Assembly (NCBI GenBank): GCA_963841435.1
Contig: CAWJCS010000006.1
Location: forward strand, 512,001-576,000
Source of the DNA: an uncultured delta proteobacterium
GTDB lineage: Bacteria; Myxococcota_A; Polyangia; Polyangiales; Polyangiaceae
Direction of reading: 5' to 3'
DNA: 64,000 nucleotides
The number at the start of each line of letters is the position of its first letter. Within the stretch, counting starts at the first letter, position 1. Below, in pieces: positions 23,205 through 33,564 of this stretch. A model generated the notes under the pieces. The model was not told the DNA's origin. It did not search any database and saw only the letters and a program-made list of their open reading frames with translations. The position numbers and the translations under genes are program-made.

Positions 23205-26200
23205 CGGACCCCCATTCCGAGCCGCTCGCGCAGCATCAGGTACGGCGGCGAGAGGACGAACGAGAGGAGTCGGCGCATCCGCTCCTGGCCTTCGAGCGAC
23301 GCGGCCGGGCGCCCGCGGTTCCTGGCGTCGCCCGCCAGCACCCAGGAGACGTCGCCGGCCGCAACCGCCGCCATGCGGTCGAGGCTCGACGTCGCTGCGC
23401 GATAGAACGTCAAGAGGTCCTGCCCGGAATCCGCGACCTCGCGAGCGAGCTCCGGCAAGAGCTTCTTCACCCGGCGTGGCATCTCCTTGCCGAGCTGGCG
23501 CTGGAACTCCGTCAGCATGGCGAAGGGCGGCGCGTCGAGCTCGATGCCGCCGAGCTTGCAGGCCGCCACGACGAGCGCCGACACCTCGGGCGCCTCGCGA
23601 TGACCGAGCACGGTGGTCCCCCGGCGCAGCGCGAAGAGCTCGCGCGCCACCGACTGCCGGTAACCGGGGGAAAGCGGCGCCCGCACGCCCTCGCCGACGA
23701 CGAGGCTCGGCGGGTCGCTGGCGACGCCGAACACGGCGCCCGGATCCCGCCCGCCCACGTACACGTCGATCTCGGGGATGCCGAGCGCTCCGGCCCACGC
23801 GACGATCTCGTTGCGAATGGGGTGCCCCGCCTTCGGGTCGACGCGCTCCTTCTTGCTGACCCCGAGCGCCGCGAGGTTCGGTCCGATCGCCGCGGAGATC
23901 GTGGTTCCGAGCTCGCGCATGAGCCGCGCGAGCGCGCCGCCGTCCTCGGGGTCCGCGAGATTGGGAATGGAGTCCTCGTCGATGGCGATGCTCGGAACGT
24001 GTGCGACGCGCCGGTCGAGCTTCGCGAGCTCCGTGTCGAGCGGCCCCGGTTCCACACCGAGCGCCACGAGCGCGCCGAGTGTCGCTTGACGCAACGGATC
24101 GTCGCCGAGCGCGAGCGCGATGCGGGAGAGACGCTCCACGTTTTCGAGCTCGACCTTGCCGGCGCCGAGCGCCCCGGCGACGGCTATCCTGCCGGCATCG
24201 AGCAGCGGCACACTAAAGTCGCTCGGGAACGCACCGCCGAGCACCAGATCGAGCCCCTCGCCGTCGCCCGGGATCTCCGACAGGAGCTTGAGCGCCGCGG
24301 AGCGCGCCGAGGCCGGATTGCCGAGCCGGTCGCGCCGGATCGCGAGCGCGAGTCGCGCCGCCTCCGAGCGCCCCGCCGCCGCGTCGCGCTCGGTCATCAA
24401 GAGCTCGAACGTGGTCGCCGCGCGCTCCCACGCGCCCGCCTTGGCGGCGACACGTGCCAGCCGCTCGCGGACCTGCGCCGTGCCGAGCCCGGCGTCCTGC
24501 AGGCCGACGAGGACCGCGAGGGCGGAGGGCAAGTCCTTGAGCTTGTTCTCGCAGATGTCCACGGCGGCGATGCCGCTCATCAGGCGCTGCTGAGTGGGAG
24601 CGCCCGAGAGGCCCGAAAGGCGTCCGAGCTGCTCGGCAGCCTCGCCGAATCGCCCGAGCGTGAGGTGGATCTCGCCCGAGAGGGCGAGCGCGCCCACGTG
24701 GTCCGGCTCGAGCATGCGCACGTTCTCGAGGGCTGACAACGCTCCCTCGCGGTCGCCCGACGCGCGCATCACGCGCGCCCGCTCCCAGAACAGCTTGACG
24801 ATCTCGTCCGGGTCTTCGGCGACGTCGAGCCGCCGCGCGATGAGATCGAGCAAGCGGGGACCGTCCTTGCGTTCGCGCACGATGCGGAACAGCCGGTCGA
24901 ACGCGCTGCCGCGTCTGATGTCTCGTTGGACCGCGCGACTCAGCGCGAGCTCACCGCGCTCGCGATCGTCGAGCTCGTCCATCAGAGATCGTGGCAGCGC
25001 GCTCCCAGAGCTCGGCGCCGCGAGCGTCGTCGTGCACGGCGTCGCCCAGTGCGGCCGCGGCCTCGGCGACCACCGATTTGTCGCCCACGAGCTCTGCGGC
25101 GGCGCGCAGGCCTTCCCAGCCGATCACTTCCTGCGGAGCCGCCTCGACGACGCCCCGAAACGTCGACATCGCGGCGTCGGCGTCGCCGGCGGCCAGCTGG
25201 TTGTAGCCCGCGAGCGCCTGGGTCACGGCGAGCGAATCGTCGCCGAACAGCGTGCTCGCTCGCGCGAGCGCGTCGCCGCGGCGCCTGGGGTCGGAGCCGG
25301 GCGGCGCGATCTCGACGTTGGCGAGCAGCACGGGAGCGCTCCCGCCGTCGAGAGGCGGCGGCTCCTCGAGCCCCGTGAGCCAGGCCGCGAGGCTCGCGCT
25401 CGCGGCGATCGCCTCGCCGCTCTCTCCGCCGAGGCGCTGGGCGAGCGCTCGGCGCGCCGCGACTTCGGCGCCGACGTCATTTTTCGCGGCCGCGGCGGCC
25501 AACCATTCGAGCGCCGCCGCCGCGGACGCGTCAACCTCCGCCCAGCGCGCGGCCGTGGCTTCGGTCTCGGCCGCGTCGGGTCGCCCGCCCTTGGCCTGCG
25601 CGAGCTCGAGCTCGAACGCCGCGGCGCGCGCGAGCGCGGCCGCGTCCGTGCTTTTTTCGGCAAGCGTGTCGAGCGCCGCTGCCCGCTGCGTGCGCTCGGT
25701 GCCGTCCCAGAGGGCCGTCGCGAGCAAAAGCGCCGCTCCGGGACCGTCTTCGGGGGGCATGACCGCGCGCGCCAGCGCCGCACGCGCGAACGGCTCCTGG
25801 CCCGAGGGCCCCACTTCCAGCGTGAAGCGCTCGAGAGCGTTCGTTGCGAAGTCCGTGGCCTCGGACGCCTCGAGGGCGCGCCGCCGCGCTTCCGGCGCAT
25901 CGGGATCCGCGGCGCGAAGCGCCCACGCGGCCATCGAGCTGGCAGCTTTCTCCGAGGCCTCGGCGGCAAGCTCGAAGGCTTCGAGCGCCCGCTTCTTGTC
26001 GCCGCCGCGCCACTCGATGAGCCCCGCTTCCAATCGCAGCGCCGCGCCGAGCTCATGGTCGCCCGTTGCGCCGGCCAGCGCGAGCAGAGCGCGCGCCGCT
26101 TCCACCGGCCTTCCGGCGCTCGCCTCGAGGGTCGCGAGCGCCACGCCGGCCACGGGATCGCCCGGCTCGTCGTCGGCGAGCGCGGCCAAAAGATCCCGCG

Positions 26201-28017
26201 CAACGTCGCTTTCGCCTGCCCTTAAGGCGCGGAAAGCCGCAGCCATGCGCTCGGCACGCGCGAGCTCCTGGTCGGTCTCGTCTCGTGCGAGCGCCACGAG
26301 CGGCGCCCAGGGCTCGGCTGCGGCAGGCGGGGCGTGCGTGGCACCGGGTGCGGGCGCAGCCTGCGTCGCCGCCTCGGCGTCGCTCGTGGCGTCGCGCTTC
26401 GGAAGCAGCTCGAGCGCGAACGCTTTGAGAGCGTTGCCGAGGAATGCTCCTCCGGGAGTCTGGGCGATGGCGTCGAAGGCGCGCTCCGCTGCCGAGCGAT
26501 CCCCGCGCAGCGCGCGCGCGCGGCCGAGCTCGAACCAGAGACTCGGCTGCTCGTCCGGCGAGACGCCCTGGCCGATGACCCGGCGCGTCGACTCCTCGTA
26601 CCAAGTCGCGTCGTCGATCGACGCCGCCAGCAAGCGCCCGACGCGCGCGACGAGCGTCGGCGGCGCGCCGGCCATTCCGGCCTGTGAAAGCGCCGCGCGC
26701 GCCCCCTGGGAGTCGCGGGCCTGGCGAGCCCAGAACGTCGGCTGCGACGAGGTAGAACCCCGCGCGCGCTCGGTCCGTTGCCACGCGCTCCGCTGCGGCT
26801 TCGAGCGCCGTCGCCGTGGCCGGCGCGTCCCCGCTCGCGCTCAAGAGGTCGAGCTCGAGCGCGCGCGCGGGGATGCTGCTCGCATCCTCCTTCAGCGCCC
26901 GTCGCACGGCGTCGAGCGCTCCGGCCCCGTCCGAGTCGGCAGCGGCCGCCTCGGCGACGCGCAGCCACAGCGCTGCGGCGAGCTGCCCGACGGCGCCCGC
27001 CTCGAGCTGCGACCGGGCGAGCCGCGCCATCGTGGAGGAGTCGCCCGTTGCCTCGGCGGCAGTGAGTCGAGCGTGGGTAAGCGCCGGGTCGCCCGGCAGC
27101 TCGGCGAGGGCCTTGTCGAGCAAGGCCGTCGCGTCGAGCGGCGAGCCCGCCTGCCGGTGGGCTTCGGCCGCGCGGAGCCAGCTGTCGGCCGCATGAGCCG
27201 CGGAGCGCCGGTGGAGCGGTACGCCGAGCCCGTCACCCGCGGACGCGTCGGCCGTGGCCTTCTGGATGAGCTCCGCCTGTGCCTCGAGATAACGGGCCTC
27301 GAGCTCGCGGCGCCCCACGGCCTTCGCGAGCCGCGCGCCGCGTTCGAGCGCGATGAACGTGGCCGGGCCATCGAGCGAAATGGCCTCGTCGCACGCTGCC
27401 TCGACCCCGGCGTCGTCCGCCGCGGCGGCGTGGAGCGCAGCGAGGTCGAGCAGGAGCAGCGCGCGCCATTCGGGCAGCGTCGCGAGCGCGGCACGCTGGG
27501 CGAGCGCCCGTTCCTCGAGCTCGTGATCGCCGGCCTTGAGCGCGAATAGCTCGAGCGCCAACCAGACGCTCACGTTGCCCGGGACCTCGTCGGCGGCCTG
27601 CTCGGCGAGCGCACGCGCTCGACCGGCGTCCCCTTCCTGGTCGAGCACGAAGAACGCCTGCTCGAGGAGCGCGCGGACCCGCTCGTTGGGGTTCGAGGCG
27701 ACCTTGACGAGCCGATCGAGGAGCTTGCCCAGGTTTTTGTAGGACTGGCGTCGCTCGATGATCGCGATGAGCCGCTCGAGGGGCTCCGTGAAATCGGGCT
27801 CCGCGTTGACGGCGGCCAGCTGGTCGCGGGCGGCGGCCGCCTCATCCCCGAGCGCCTCCTCGAGCACCCCGACCTCGTGCAGGAGGATCGCCTGCCGTGC
27901 CGTCGTGCCTCCGGCGTCGTGCTCGGCGCGCAGCCGGTTGATGGCCGCCACGACCAGCGCCGAGTCCTGCGCTGCCGACGCCGAGAGAACGCTCCCCGTC
28001 CTGGTCGTGCTCGTCAT
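23201..28017 (-). CDS. Giant TPR protein paralogue with the same C-terminal domain (+1 frameshifts at ~26735 and ~24985)
   Basis: ORFs 26053..28017, 24951..26675 and 23201..24982 join into one helical-repeat protein of about 1604 aa, ending DRMAAVAAGD...LLSFVLSPPYLMLRERLG. Confidence 0.72.
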
Positions 28018-28132
28018 CTAACTAAAAAAAACGCACCCTGCGGGCGGGCTCGAAAGCCTCAGAATAGTCCGCCTTCCATCCGCCTGTGAACCGTCTCTCG
28101 CCGCCAAGCCCCCCGCCGGCGTCGCTTTTTCG

Positions 28133-28714
28133 TCAGTTGATTCGCCTGACGACCCAGTACCCGCGCGGCGTATCCACTGGCTCTGGGGCCACCGCACCCT
28201 TTTCGAGCGTGAAGAGCACGTACTCGGCTGCCGATTCGAGCACGCCCCGCGGAACTCTACCCGCGTTCGCCGTGGATCCGCGGTCGCCGTGTGCCACGGC
28301 GGCCGAAAAATCCCGCTTGGCCTCTTCGATGGCCGCGCGCGCCTTGTCGCGGGCCTGCTCTTTCGTGCGGGCGCCGGTCGGTGCGAGCTCGGCGCCGGCG
28401 TAGGTGAAGACGACGACGCCGAATGTCGCACTCTGCGGCGCGGACTCGGGCAGGGGCGGCGCTTTGCGGCCGTCGAAGAGCACATCGAAGCCCTCGCTGG
28501 CCGCTAGCTCCTCGGGCGGGGGGAGCTCCGCCGCGTCGAGCGCCGGAGAGGCCGAGGACGAAGCCAGGGGTGGCGCCGAGGCCGAGGCTCTGGGGTTTGC
28601 GGACGCCGTTGGCCGCTTCGGGGAGGGCGCGGGGGCCTGCCGCGACACGGCGAAAGCGATCGCCAGCCCCACCAGGAACAGGAGCCCGACCGCGATCGTC
28701 TTGGAGCGCTGCAT
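28133..28714 (-). CDS. Membrane-anchored parvulin (PpiC/rotamase)-like protein, probably catalytically degenerate
   Basis: N-terminal TM helix, Pro/Ser linker, then RTKEQARDKA...DFSAAV...GDRGS...G.VPRG.LE.AAEYVLFTLEKGAV..PVDTPRGYWVVRR. Confidence 0.75.
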   Translation of the reverse strand: MQRSKTIAVGLLFLVGLAIAFAVSRQAPAPSPKRPTASANPRASASAPPLASSSASPALDAAELPPPEELAASEGFDVLFDGRKAPPLPESAPQSATFGVVVFTYAGAELAPTGARTKEQARDKARAAIEEAKRDFSAAVAHGDRGSTANAGRVPRGVLESAAEYVLFTLEKGAVAPEPVDTPRGYWVVRRIN

Positions 28715-28812
28715 CGCGGAGCGCCGTAGCACGGCCGCCCTTTTTTGCCGAGACTAACGCGGCAACTTGGGGGAGCCCTTCTCGCAGCCCCGGGAAAGAC
28801 GTAGTACTACAA

Positions 28813-29007
28813 CTCGAGTTGGGCGATCTTGGCTCCCATTGCCGGGTAGGGGAGGCAGAAACGTCGGGCCAACGCCGCCCTGGCGGAGGTCCCGCGTCCG
28901 TCGCGGTGCTCGAACCGAGCCTCGTGCCGGCCTCGCCAGCGCTCTTCTGCGGCGAGTCGCCGCTCGCGCCGATCGAGATCTTGCCTTCCAGGATTGCCCA
29001 AGTCGAG
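28813..29007 (+). ncRNA. Candidate structured RNA (~195 nt), either free-standing or the 5' leader of the downstream gene
   Basis: 28813-28832 pairs with 28988-29007 over 20 positions (17 Watson-Crick, 2 G-U, 1 mismatch), with nested stems inside. No family recognised. Confidence 0.4.
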
Positions 29008-29030
29008 ACTAGAGGCAGAAAGTAGAGGCC

Positions 29031-32000
29031 ATGTTCAAGGTCGAGTGCCCTGGGTGCAAGGCCCCGTACCAGGTTGACGAGCGGAGGGTACCTTCCTCCG
29101 GTCTCAAGATGCGCTGCCCGAAGTGCGGCACGTCCTTCCAGGTCGAGGCTCCAGACGATCCGCGCCGCACGGGGCCGAGCCCCGTGCTCGGCGAGGCACC
29201 TCCGCCCCGTAAAGATCCACGCGCGCCGCTCAAGAACCCCGCGGCGAGGACGATGGTGGGCGTCGCGCCGTCGGCGCTCGGCCTGCCGTTGCCTGGCGCC
29301 AAGCCCCCCGCGGCTCCTGCGGCGCCGCCCGCACCCGCGCGTCCACCACTCCCGGCGCCCCAGCCGCCGGCTGCCCCGAAAGCCGCTCCACCGCGGCCGC
29401 CACCGCGCGTCGCCGCGCCGGGCCCGCCTCCCCCCCAGGATCCCTACGCGGACGCCGATCTCCCAGCGATCGGCGCTCGGTCGGACGTCAACCTCCCGGC
29501 GCCTGCCGGGCGACCGAAGCCACCGCCACCGGTACGAGGTCAGGCCCCAGCCGCGCCTCCCAAGAGTCCGTCGACGCTGCCCCCCGACGACGTCAACATG
29601 CTCGACGACCTGCCGGCCGTCCCCGGCGGCTCCGGCCTCGACATCGACCTCCCTTCCCCCGCTCCGCCCGCTGCGCTTTCGGTGGCTGGCCCGTCCCAGG
29701 GCGCGGACCTGCCGGCGCTGGCGGGCGACCTCGAATGGGGCCTTCCCGACATCGGTCAGCGCGCCGACCGGGGCGCCCCCGCGGCGTCGGTCCCCGCACC
29801 CACGATGGAGCTCGACCTCCCCGACCTGCCGGACCTCGACTTCCCGGCGCCCCAGGGCGACCTGCCGTCCCCAGCCGGAGCGGGGCTGCCTTCGGCCGCG
29901 CGCGGTCCGGGGCTCCCTGCCGCGTCGGCTGGGCTGCCCGCAGCGAGTGCCGGTCTGCCGGCCGTCTCGGCGGGGCTGCCCTCGGCCTCGGCTGGGCTGC
30001 CGGCGTCTTCCGCCGGCCTGCCTGCTTCGTCAGCGGGTCTTCCGTCGGCGTCGGCAGGTCTCCCGTCAGCCTCGGCGGGCCTCCCGTCAGCCTCGGCCGG
30101 TGTGCCGAGCCGCGCGCCGGGCCTTCCTGCTAATCACCCGGGGGGCGGAGCGTCGTCCCCGGGCTTCGGCGAGCTCGATCTCGATCTGACGCCCGGCGCG
30201 CCCTCGGGGGCGCCGCCCTTGCTCGATCTCGGTGCCCGGCAGCCGAGCGTTGCCCCGCCCACGAGCGGCGGCTTCGGGGAGATCGATTTGCCGCCTCGCG
30301 CGAGCGGGCAGCCCATGGCGATGCCGAGCGCGCGGCCGTCGCCGCAACCGTTCGATCCGCTCGAAGCCGACCCGTTCGGCGAAGCCGCGATCCCGTCGCA
30401 ACGGCCGATGGTCGAAGCGCGGCGGTCCGCCCCGCCCGCAGAGGTCGTCGGGTCGCAGGTGGGTGGCACGAGCTACGGCGAGGTGAACCTCGACGGCGAA
30501 GGCGATGGGGGCGGCAGCGGCGGCGAGGTCCCGCTCGAGGGCGCTCCGATCCGTTCGGGTGCGGCCCGCGAAGAGGACATGGAGTTCGGCGCGCTGCCGG
30601 AGCAACGGCCCCCGGGCGCCATGAAGGCGGACGTCGGCCCGGCGGTGCCGGCGGCGCGGCGGCGCTGGCCCCTGCGGGTCTTCGCGGGGCTGCTCGTGCT
30701 CGCCGTGGGCGGCGGCTCGCTCGCGTTCGTGCCCGGCGCGGGACCATACGGTGCGTACTTCATCAGCGACCGCCTCCATGCCGCCGAATACGGGCGGCTC
30801 CTCGGCGACGCGCAGCGCGCTGCCCGCGCGAGACTCGGCCACGACATCTGGCCGGAGGCCGTGCAGGCGTCGGTCAACGTCGACGCGACCCACGAGAAGG
30901 CGAAACGCTTCTATCCGCTCGCGACCTACGCCGCCTTCACCGGCTACCTCCGCGAGCTCAGGTTCGGCTCGGACCCGGCAGCGCACGCGCGGGGGCAGGT
31001 GCTGCTCGCGGAGATCGGGGACGCGAAGGACGTCCCCTACCTCGACTTCGCCGTGACGGCCCGCGACGCGCTCGACGGGCAGCTCACGCGCGCGCTCGAG
31101 AGCGCGCGCTCTCTCTCCCAGCGCCATCCGAACGACCCCGACGCGCTCGCGCTGCTCGGCGAAGTCGCGCTGCGCGGCGCCGACCCCGCGGCGGCCAAGA
31201 GCCCGTGGCAGGCGCTCGAGAAGCTCGAGCACAGCGCGCGCTCGGCGTTCGGTATCGCTCGGGCAAGCTACGTGACCGGCGACATGACGGCCGCGGCGGC
31301 GGCCGCCCGCCAGGCACTCGAACGCACCCCCGGGCACGTCGGAGCGCGCGTCCTCCTGGCCCGCATCGACTCCTTCGGCCGCGGCAACGAGGCGCGGAGC
31401 CTCCAGGAGATTGCCGACCTCCTGAAGAGCGCCGGCCGCGCCAGCCCCGACGAGGTGGTGTCCGCCCAGACCCTGCTCGGCGAGATCCATCTCGGCCGGT
31501 CCCAGGTGGCGCTCGCCGAAGTTGCGTTCGACCGCGCCCTCAAGATCAATCCGAGCGCCGCTCGCGCGCTGGCCGGCCTCGGCGAAGCCCTATTCCGTTC
31601 GCGACGCTTCTCCGAGGCCCTCGCCCGTTTCGAGTCCGCTTCCCAGGCCGATCCTCGGGCTCTCGAGGCGAAAATCGGAGTTGCCAAGAGCAAGCTCTCG
31701 CTCGAGCGGGTCGAGGACGCGCTGCGCACCCTCGCGAAGCTCGAAAAGGAGAACCCGAAGAGCCTGGCCGTGTCGCTCTGGTACGGCAGAGCCGCCGATG
31801 CCGCGGGCGATCACGATCGCGCCGCGGCGATCTACCGAAGGGCGCTCGACAAGGGCTCGACGGATCCAGAGCTCGTCGACATCTACGTGGCGCTCGCCAT
31901 GCTGGAAAACGAGCGCGGTGAGACCGCGCGCGCTCAGCAGACGCTGGTGCGAGCCAAGGCAAAGCTCCCCGAATCGGTCGCCCTGCACCGCTCGCTCGGC

Positions 32001-33074
32001 GATCTTGCACTCTTGCAGGGGCGCAACACCGAGGCGATCGCAGAGTACCGGCGCGCGCTCGAGCTCGACGGCGAGGATCTCGGGGCTCGCTTCCAGCTCG
32101 GTATCGCCCTGCGGCGCAACCGTGGCTACGACGAGGCGACGAAAGTGCTCGACGAGGTCGCGAAGGAGGACCCCGACCACCCCGGGCTCGCCCTCGAGCG
32201 CGGCCTGATCTTCGAGGCGACGGGGCAGGGCCAAAAGGCGCTCGATTCCTACGAGTCGGCGCTCGCCAAAGCGCCGACGGACCCCGATCTCATGCTCCGC
32301 GTCGGCTGTGGCCGCGTCTCGGCCGGGCAACCTGAAAAAGCCGAGGAGCTTCTCAGGAAGGTGCTCGGGCTGAAGCCGAACTCCGCCGAGGTCAATCATT
32401 GCCTCGGCCGTAGCCTGCTCGCGCGCGACAAAGTAGCGGACGCACAGCGCTTGCTCGACCGCGCCGTCGAGATCGACCCCAAGCGCGCGGAGTACCACCT
32501 TTACGCAGGCTGGGCCGCGAACGAAGCCGGCAACGTGCCCAAGGCCGAGCGTGAGCTCGCTCGGGCGCTCGAGATCGACGGCTCCCTCGCCGACGCGTAC
32601 TGGCAGCGGGGCGTCTTGAGGGCACGCCAAGGCGCCGTGAAGGACGCCGTGACCGACCTGACGCGTGCACTCACGCTGAGCCCCGGTCGCGTCGAGGCCC
32701 ACGCCGCCCTCGCCGACGCGTACTACGATCTCGGCAAGGAGCGAGACGCGCTCGCGGAGTGGCAGAAGGCCGTCCAGGCCCAGCCCGACAACGCCGTCTG
32801 GCACTTTCGCTACGGCAAGCTGCTCGTGACCAACCAGATGATGGACGTGGGGCGGGAGCACCTCGAGCGTGCGATCCGCGCGGGCGAAAAGTCGGAGGCG
32901 CCGCCGCGCTGGCTCTGGGAGGCGCACCACATCATGGCGCGTTCGCTTGCGGGCCGCGCCGAGGCGGCCCCGCACTGGGAAGCCTTCTTGAGGCTCGGCC
33001 CGCGTGATTCACCCTACCGGACCGAAGCCAAGGCGGCGCTCGTCAAGCTCGGCAAGCCCTGGACGGGCGAATAG
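29031..33074 (+). CDS. Zinc-ribbon (MJ0042-type) / Pro-rich linker / single TM / periplasmic TPR protein
   Basis: MFKVECPGCKAPYQVDERRVPSSGLKMRCPKCGTSF, a long Pro-rich region, TM WPLRVFAGLLVLAVGGGSLAFV, then many TPR units. Confidence 0.85.
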   Translation: MFKVECPGCKAPYQVDERRVPSSGLKMRCPKCGTSFQVEAPDDPRRTGPSPVLGEAPPPRKDPRAPLKNPAARTMVGVAPSALGLPLPGAKPPAAPAAPPAPARPPLPAPQPPAAPKAAPPRPPPRVAAPGPPPPQDPYADADLPAIGARSDVNLPAPAGRPKPPPPVRGQAPAAPPKSPSTLPPDDVNMLDDLPAVPGGSGLDIDLPSPAPPAALSVAGPSQGADLPALAGDLEWGLPDIGQRADRGAPAASVPAPTMELDLPDLPDLDFPAPQGDLPSPAGAGLPSAARGPGLPAASAGLPAASAGLPAVSAGLPSASAGLPASSAGLPASSAGLPSASAGLPSASAGLPSASAGVPSRAPGLPANHPGGGASSPGFGELDLDLTPGAPSGAPPLLDLGARQPSVAPPTSGGFGEIDLPPRASGQPMAMPSARPSPQPFDPLEADPFGEAAIPSQRPMVEARRSAPPAEVVGSQVGGTSYGEVNLDGEGDGGGSGGEVPLEGAPIRSGAAREEDMEFGALPEQRPPGAMKADVGPAVPAARRRWPLRVFAGLLVLAVGGGSLAFVPGAGPYGAYFISDRLHAAEYGRLLGDAQRAARARLGHDIWPEAVQASVNVDATHEKAKRFYPLATYAAFTGYLRELRFGSDPAAHARGQVLLAEIGDAKDVPYLDFAVTARDALDGQLTRALESARSLSQRHPNDPDALALLGEVALRGADPAAAKSPWQALEKLEHSARSAFGIARASYVTGDMTAAAAAARQALERTPGHVGARVLLARIDSFGRGNEARSLQEIADLLKSAGRASPDEVVSAQTLLGEIHLGRSQVALAEVAFDRALKINPSAARALAGLGEALFRSRRFSEALARFESASQADPRALEAKIGVAKSKLSLERVEDALRTLAKLEKENPKSLAVSLWYGRAADAAGDHDRAAAIYRRALDKGSTDPELVDIYVALAMLENERGETARAQQTLVRAKAKLPESVALHRSLGDLALLQGRNTEAIAEYRRALELDGEDLGARFQLGIALRRNRGYDEATKVLDEVAKEDPDHPGLALERGLIFEATGQGQKALDSYESALAKAPTDPDLMLRVGCGRVSAGQPEKAEELLRKVLGLKPNSAEVNHCLGRSLLARDKVADAQRLLDRAVEIDPKRAEYHLYAGWAANEAGNVPKAERELARALEIDGSLADAYWQRGVLRARQGAVKDAVTDLTRALTLSPGRVEAHAALADAYYDLGKERDALAEWQKAVQAQPDNAVWHFRYGKLLVTNQMMDVGREHLERAIRAGEKSEAPPRWLWEAHHIMARSLAGRAEAAPHWEAFLRLGPRDSPYRTEAKAALVKLGKPWTGE
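29880..30130 (+). repeat. Coding heptapeptide tandem repeat (AGLPxxS), about 10 copies, synonymously diverged
   Basis: The protein reads GLPAASAGLPAASAGLPAVSAGLPSASAGLPASSAGLPASSAGLPSASAGLPSASAGLPSASAGVP; the 21-bp DNA units differ mainly at third codon positions. Confidence 0.9.
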
Positions 33075-33135
33075 GCCGACGTTCCGGCGCGCCGCGGGCG
33101 GCTCGCCGGAATCGTCGCATGCGCGTGAGTTGCGA

Positions 33136-33564
33136 TCAGCTGGCGGGCTGGGCAGCCGGCGCCATGGCGCTAAACTCGTAGACCCACGTGGCCATGCCGT
33201 CGCGCTTGTCGGGCGGCGCGAGAGCGAGACCGTCGACCGCGCTCGTCACGCAGGTTGCGAGCTCGGCGGGCGCCGTTGTGCCCGCGGGGTCAACCTTCAC
33301 GTCCTTGATCTTGCCGGTCTCGGCTTCGACCGTGAACATGACGGTGACGCGACCCTGGAGCTCCTGGTTGCCCTTGAGCGCGGTGTCGTAGCAGGTCTTG
33401 ATTTCCGGGGCCTTGGCGTCCAGAACCTTCTGCGTCTCGTCGCGATAGTCTTCCGGGCTCCTCGCGTAGAACGAGCAGCCCACCGTGCTCGCCATCAGGG
33501 CAACGAGGCTCAGCTTGATCGAGGCTTTGACCATGGTCGGTACTCCTTGTCCCATCGTCTTCAT
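33136..33564 (-). CDS. Small lipoprotein with AgmX/PglI C-terminal (TonB-C-like) domain
   Basis: Lipobox STVGC; EIKTCYDTALKGNQELQGRVTVMFTVEAETGKI...LATCV...W.YEF pattern typical of this myxobacterial domain. Confidence 0.75.
   Translation of the reverse strand: MKTMGQGVPTMVKASIKLSLVALMASTVGCSFYARSPEDYRDETQKVLDAKAPEIKTCYDTALKGNQELQGRVTVMFTVEAETGKIKDVKVDPAGTTAPAELATCVTSAVDGLALAPPDKRDGMATWVYEFSAMAPAAQPAS

Noticed and set aside
28018-28060. T8 tract on the minus strand just upstream of the TPR gene start, as a possible terminator or attenuator
   Set aside because: The preceding stem is short and weak, so the evidence is insufficient.
28813-29007. Terminal inverted repeats interpreted as a MITE or IS remnant
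   Set aside because: No target-site duplication, no transposase and no second copy in the window; the G-U-biased mismatches fit an RNA helix better. Not fully excluded without a genome-wide search.
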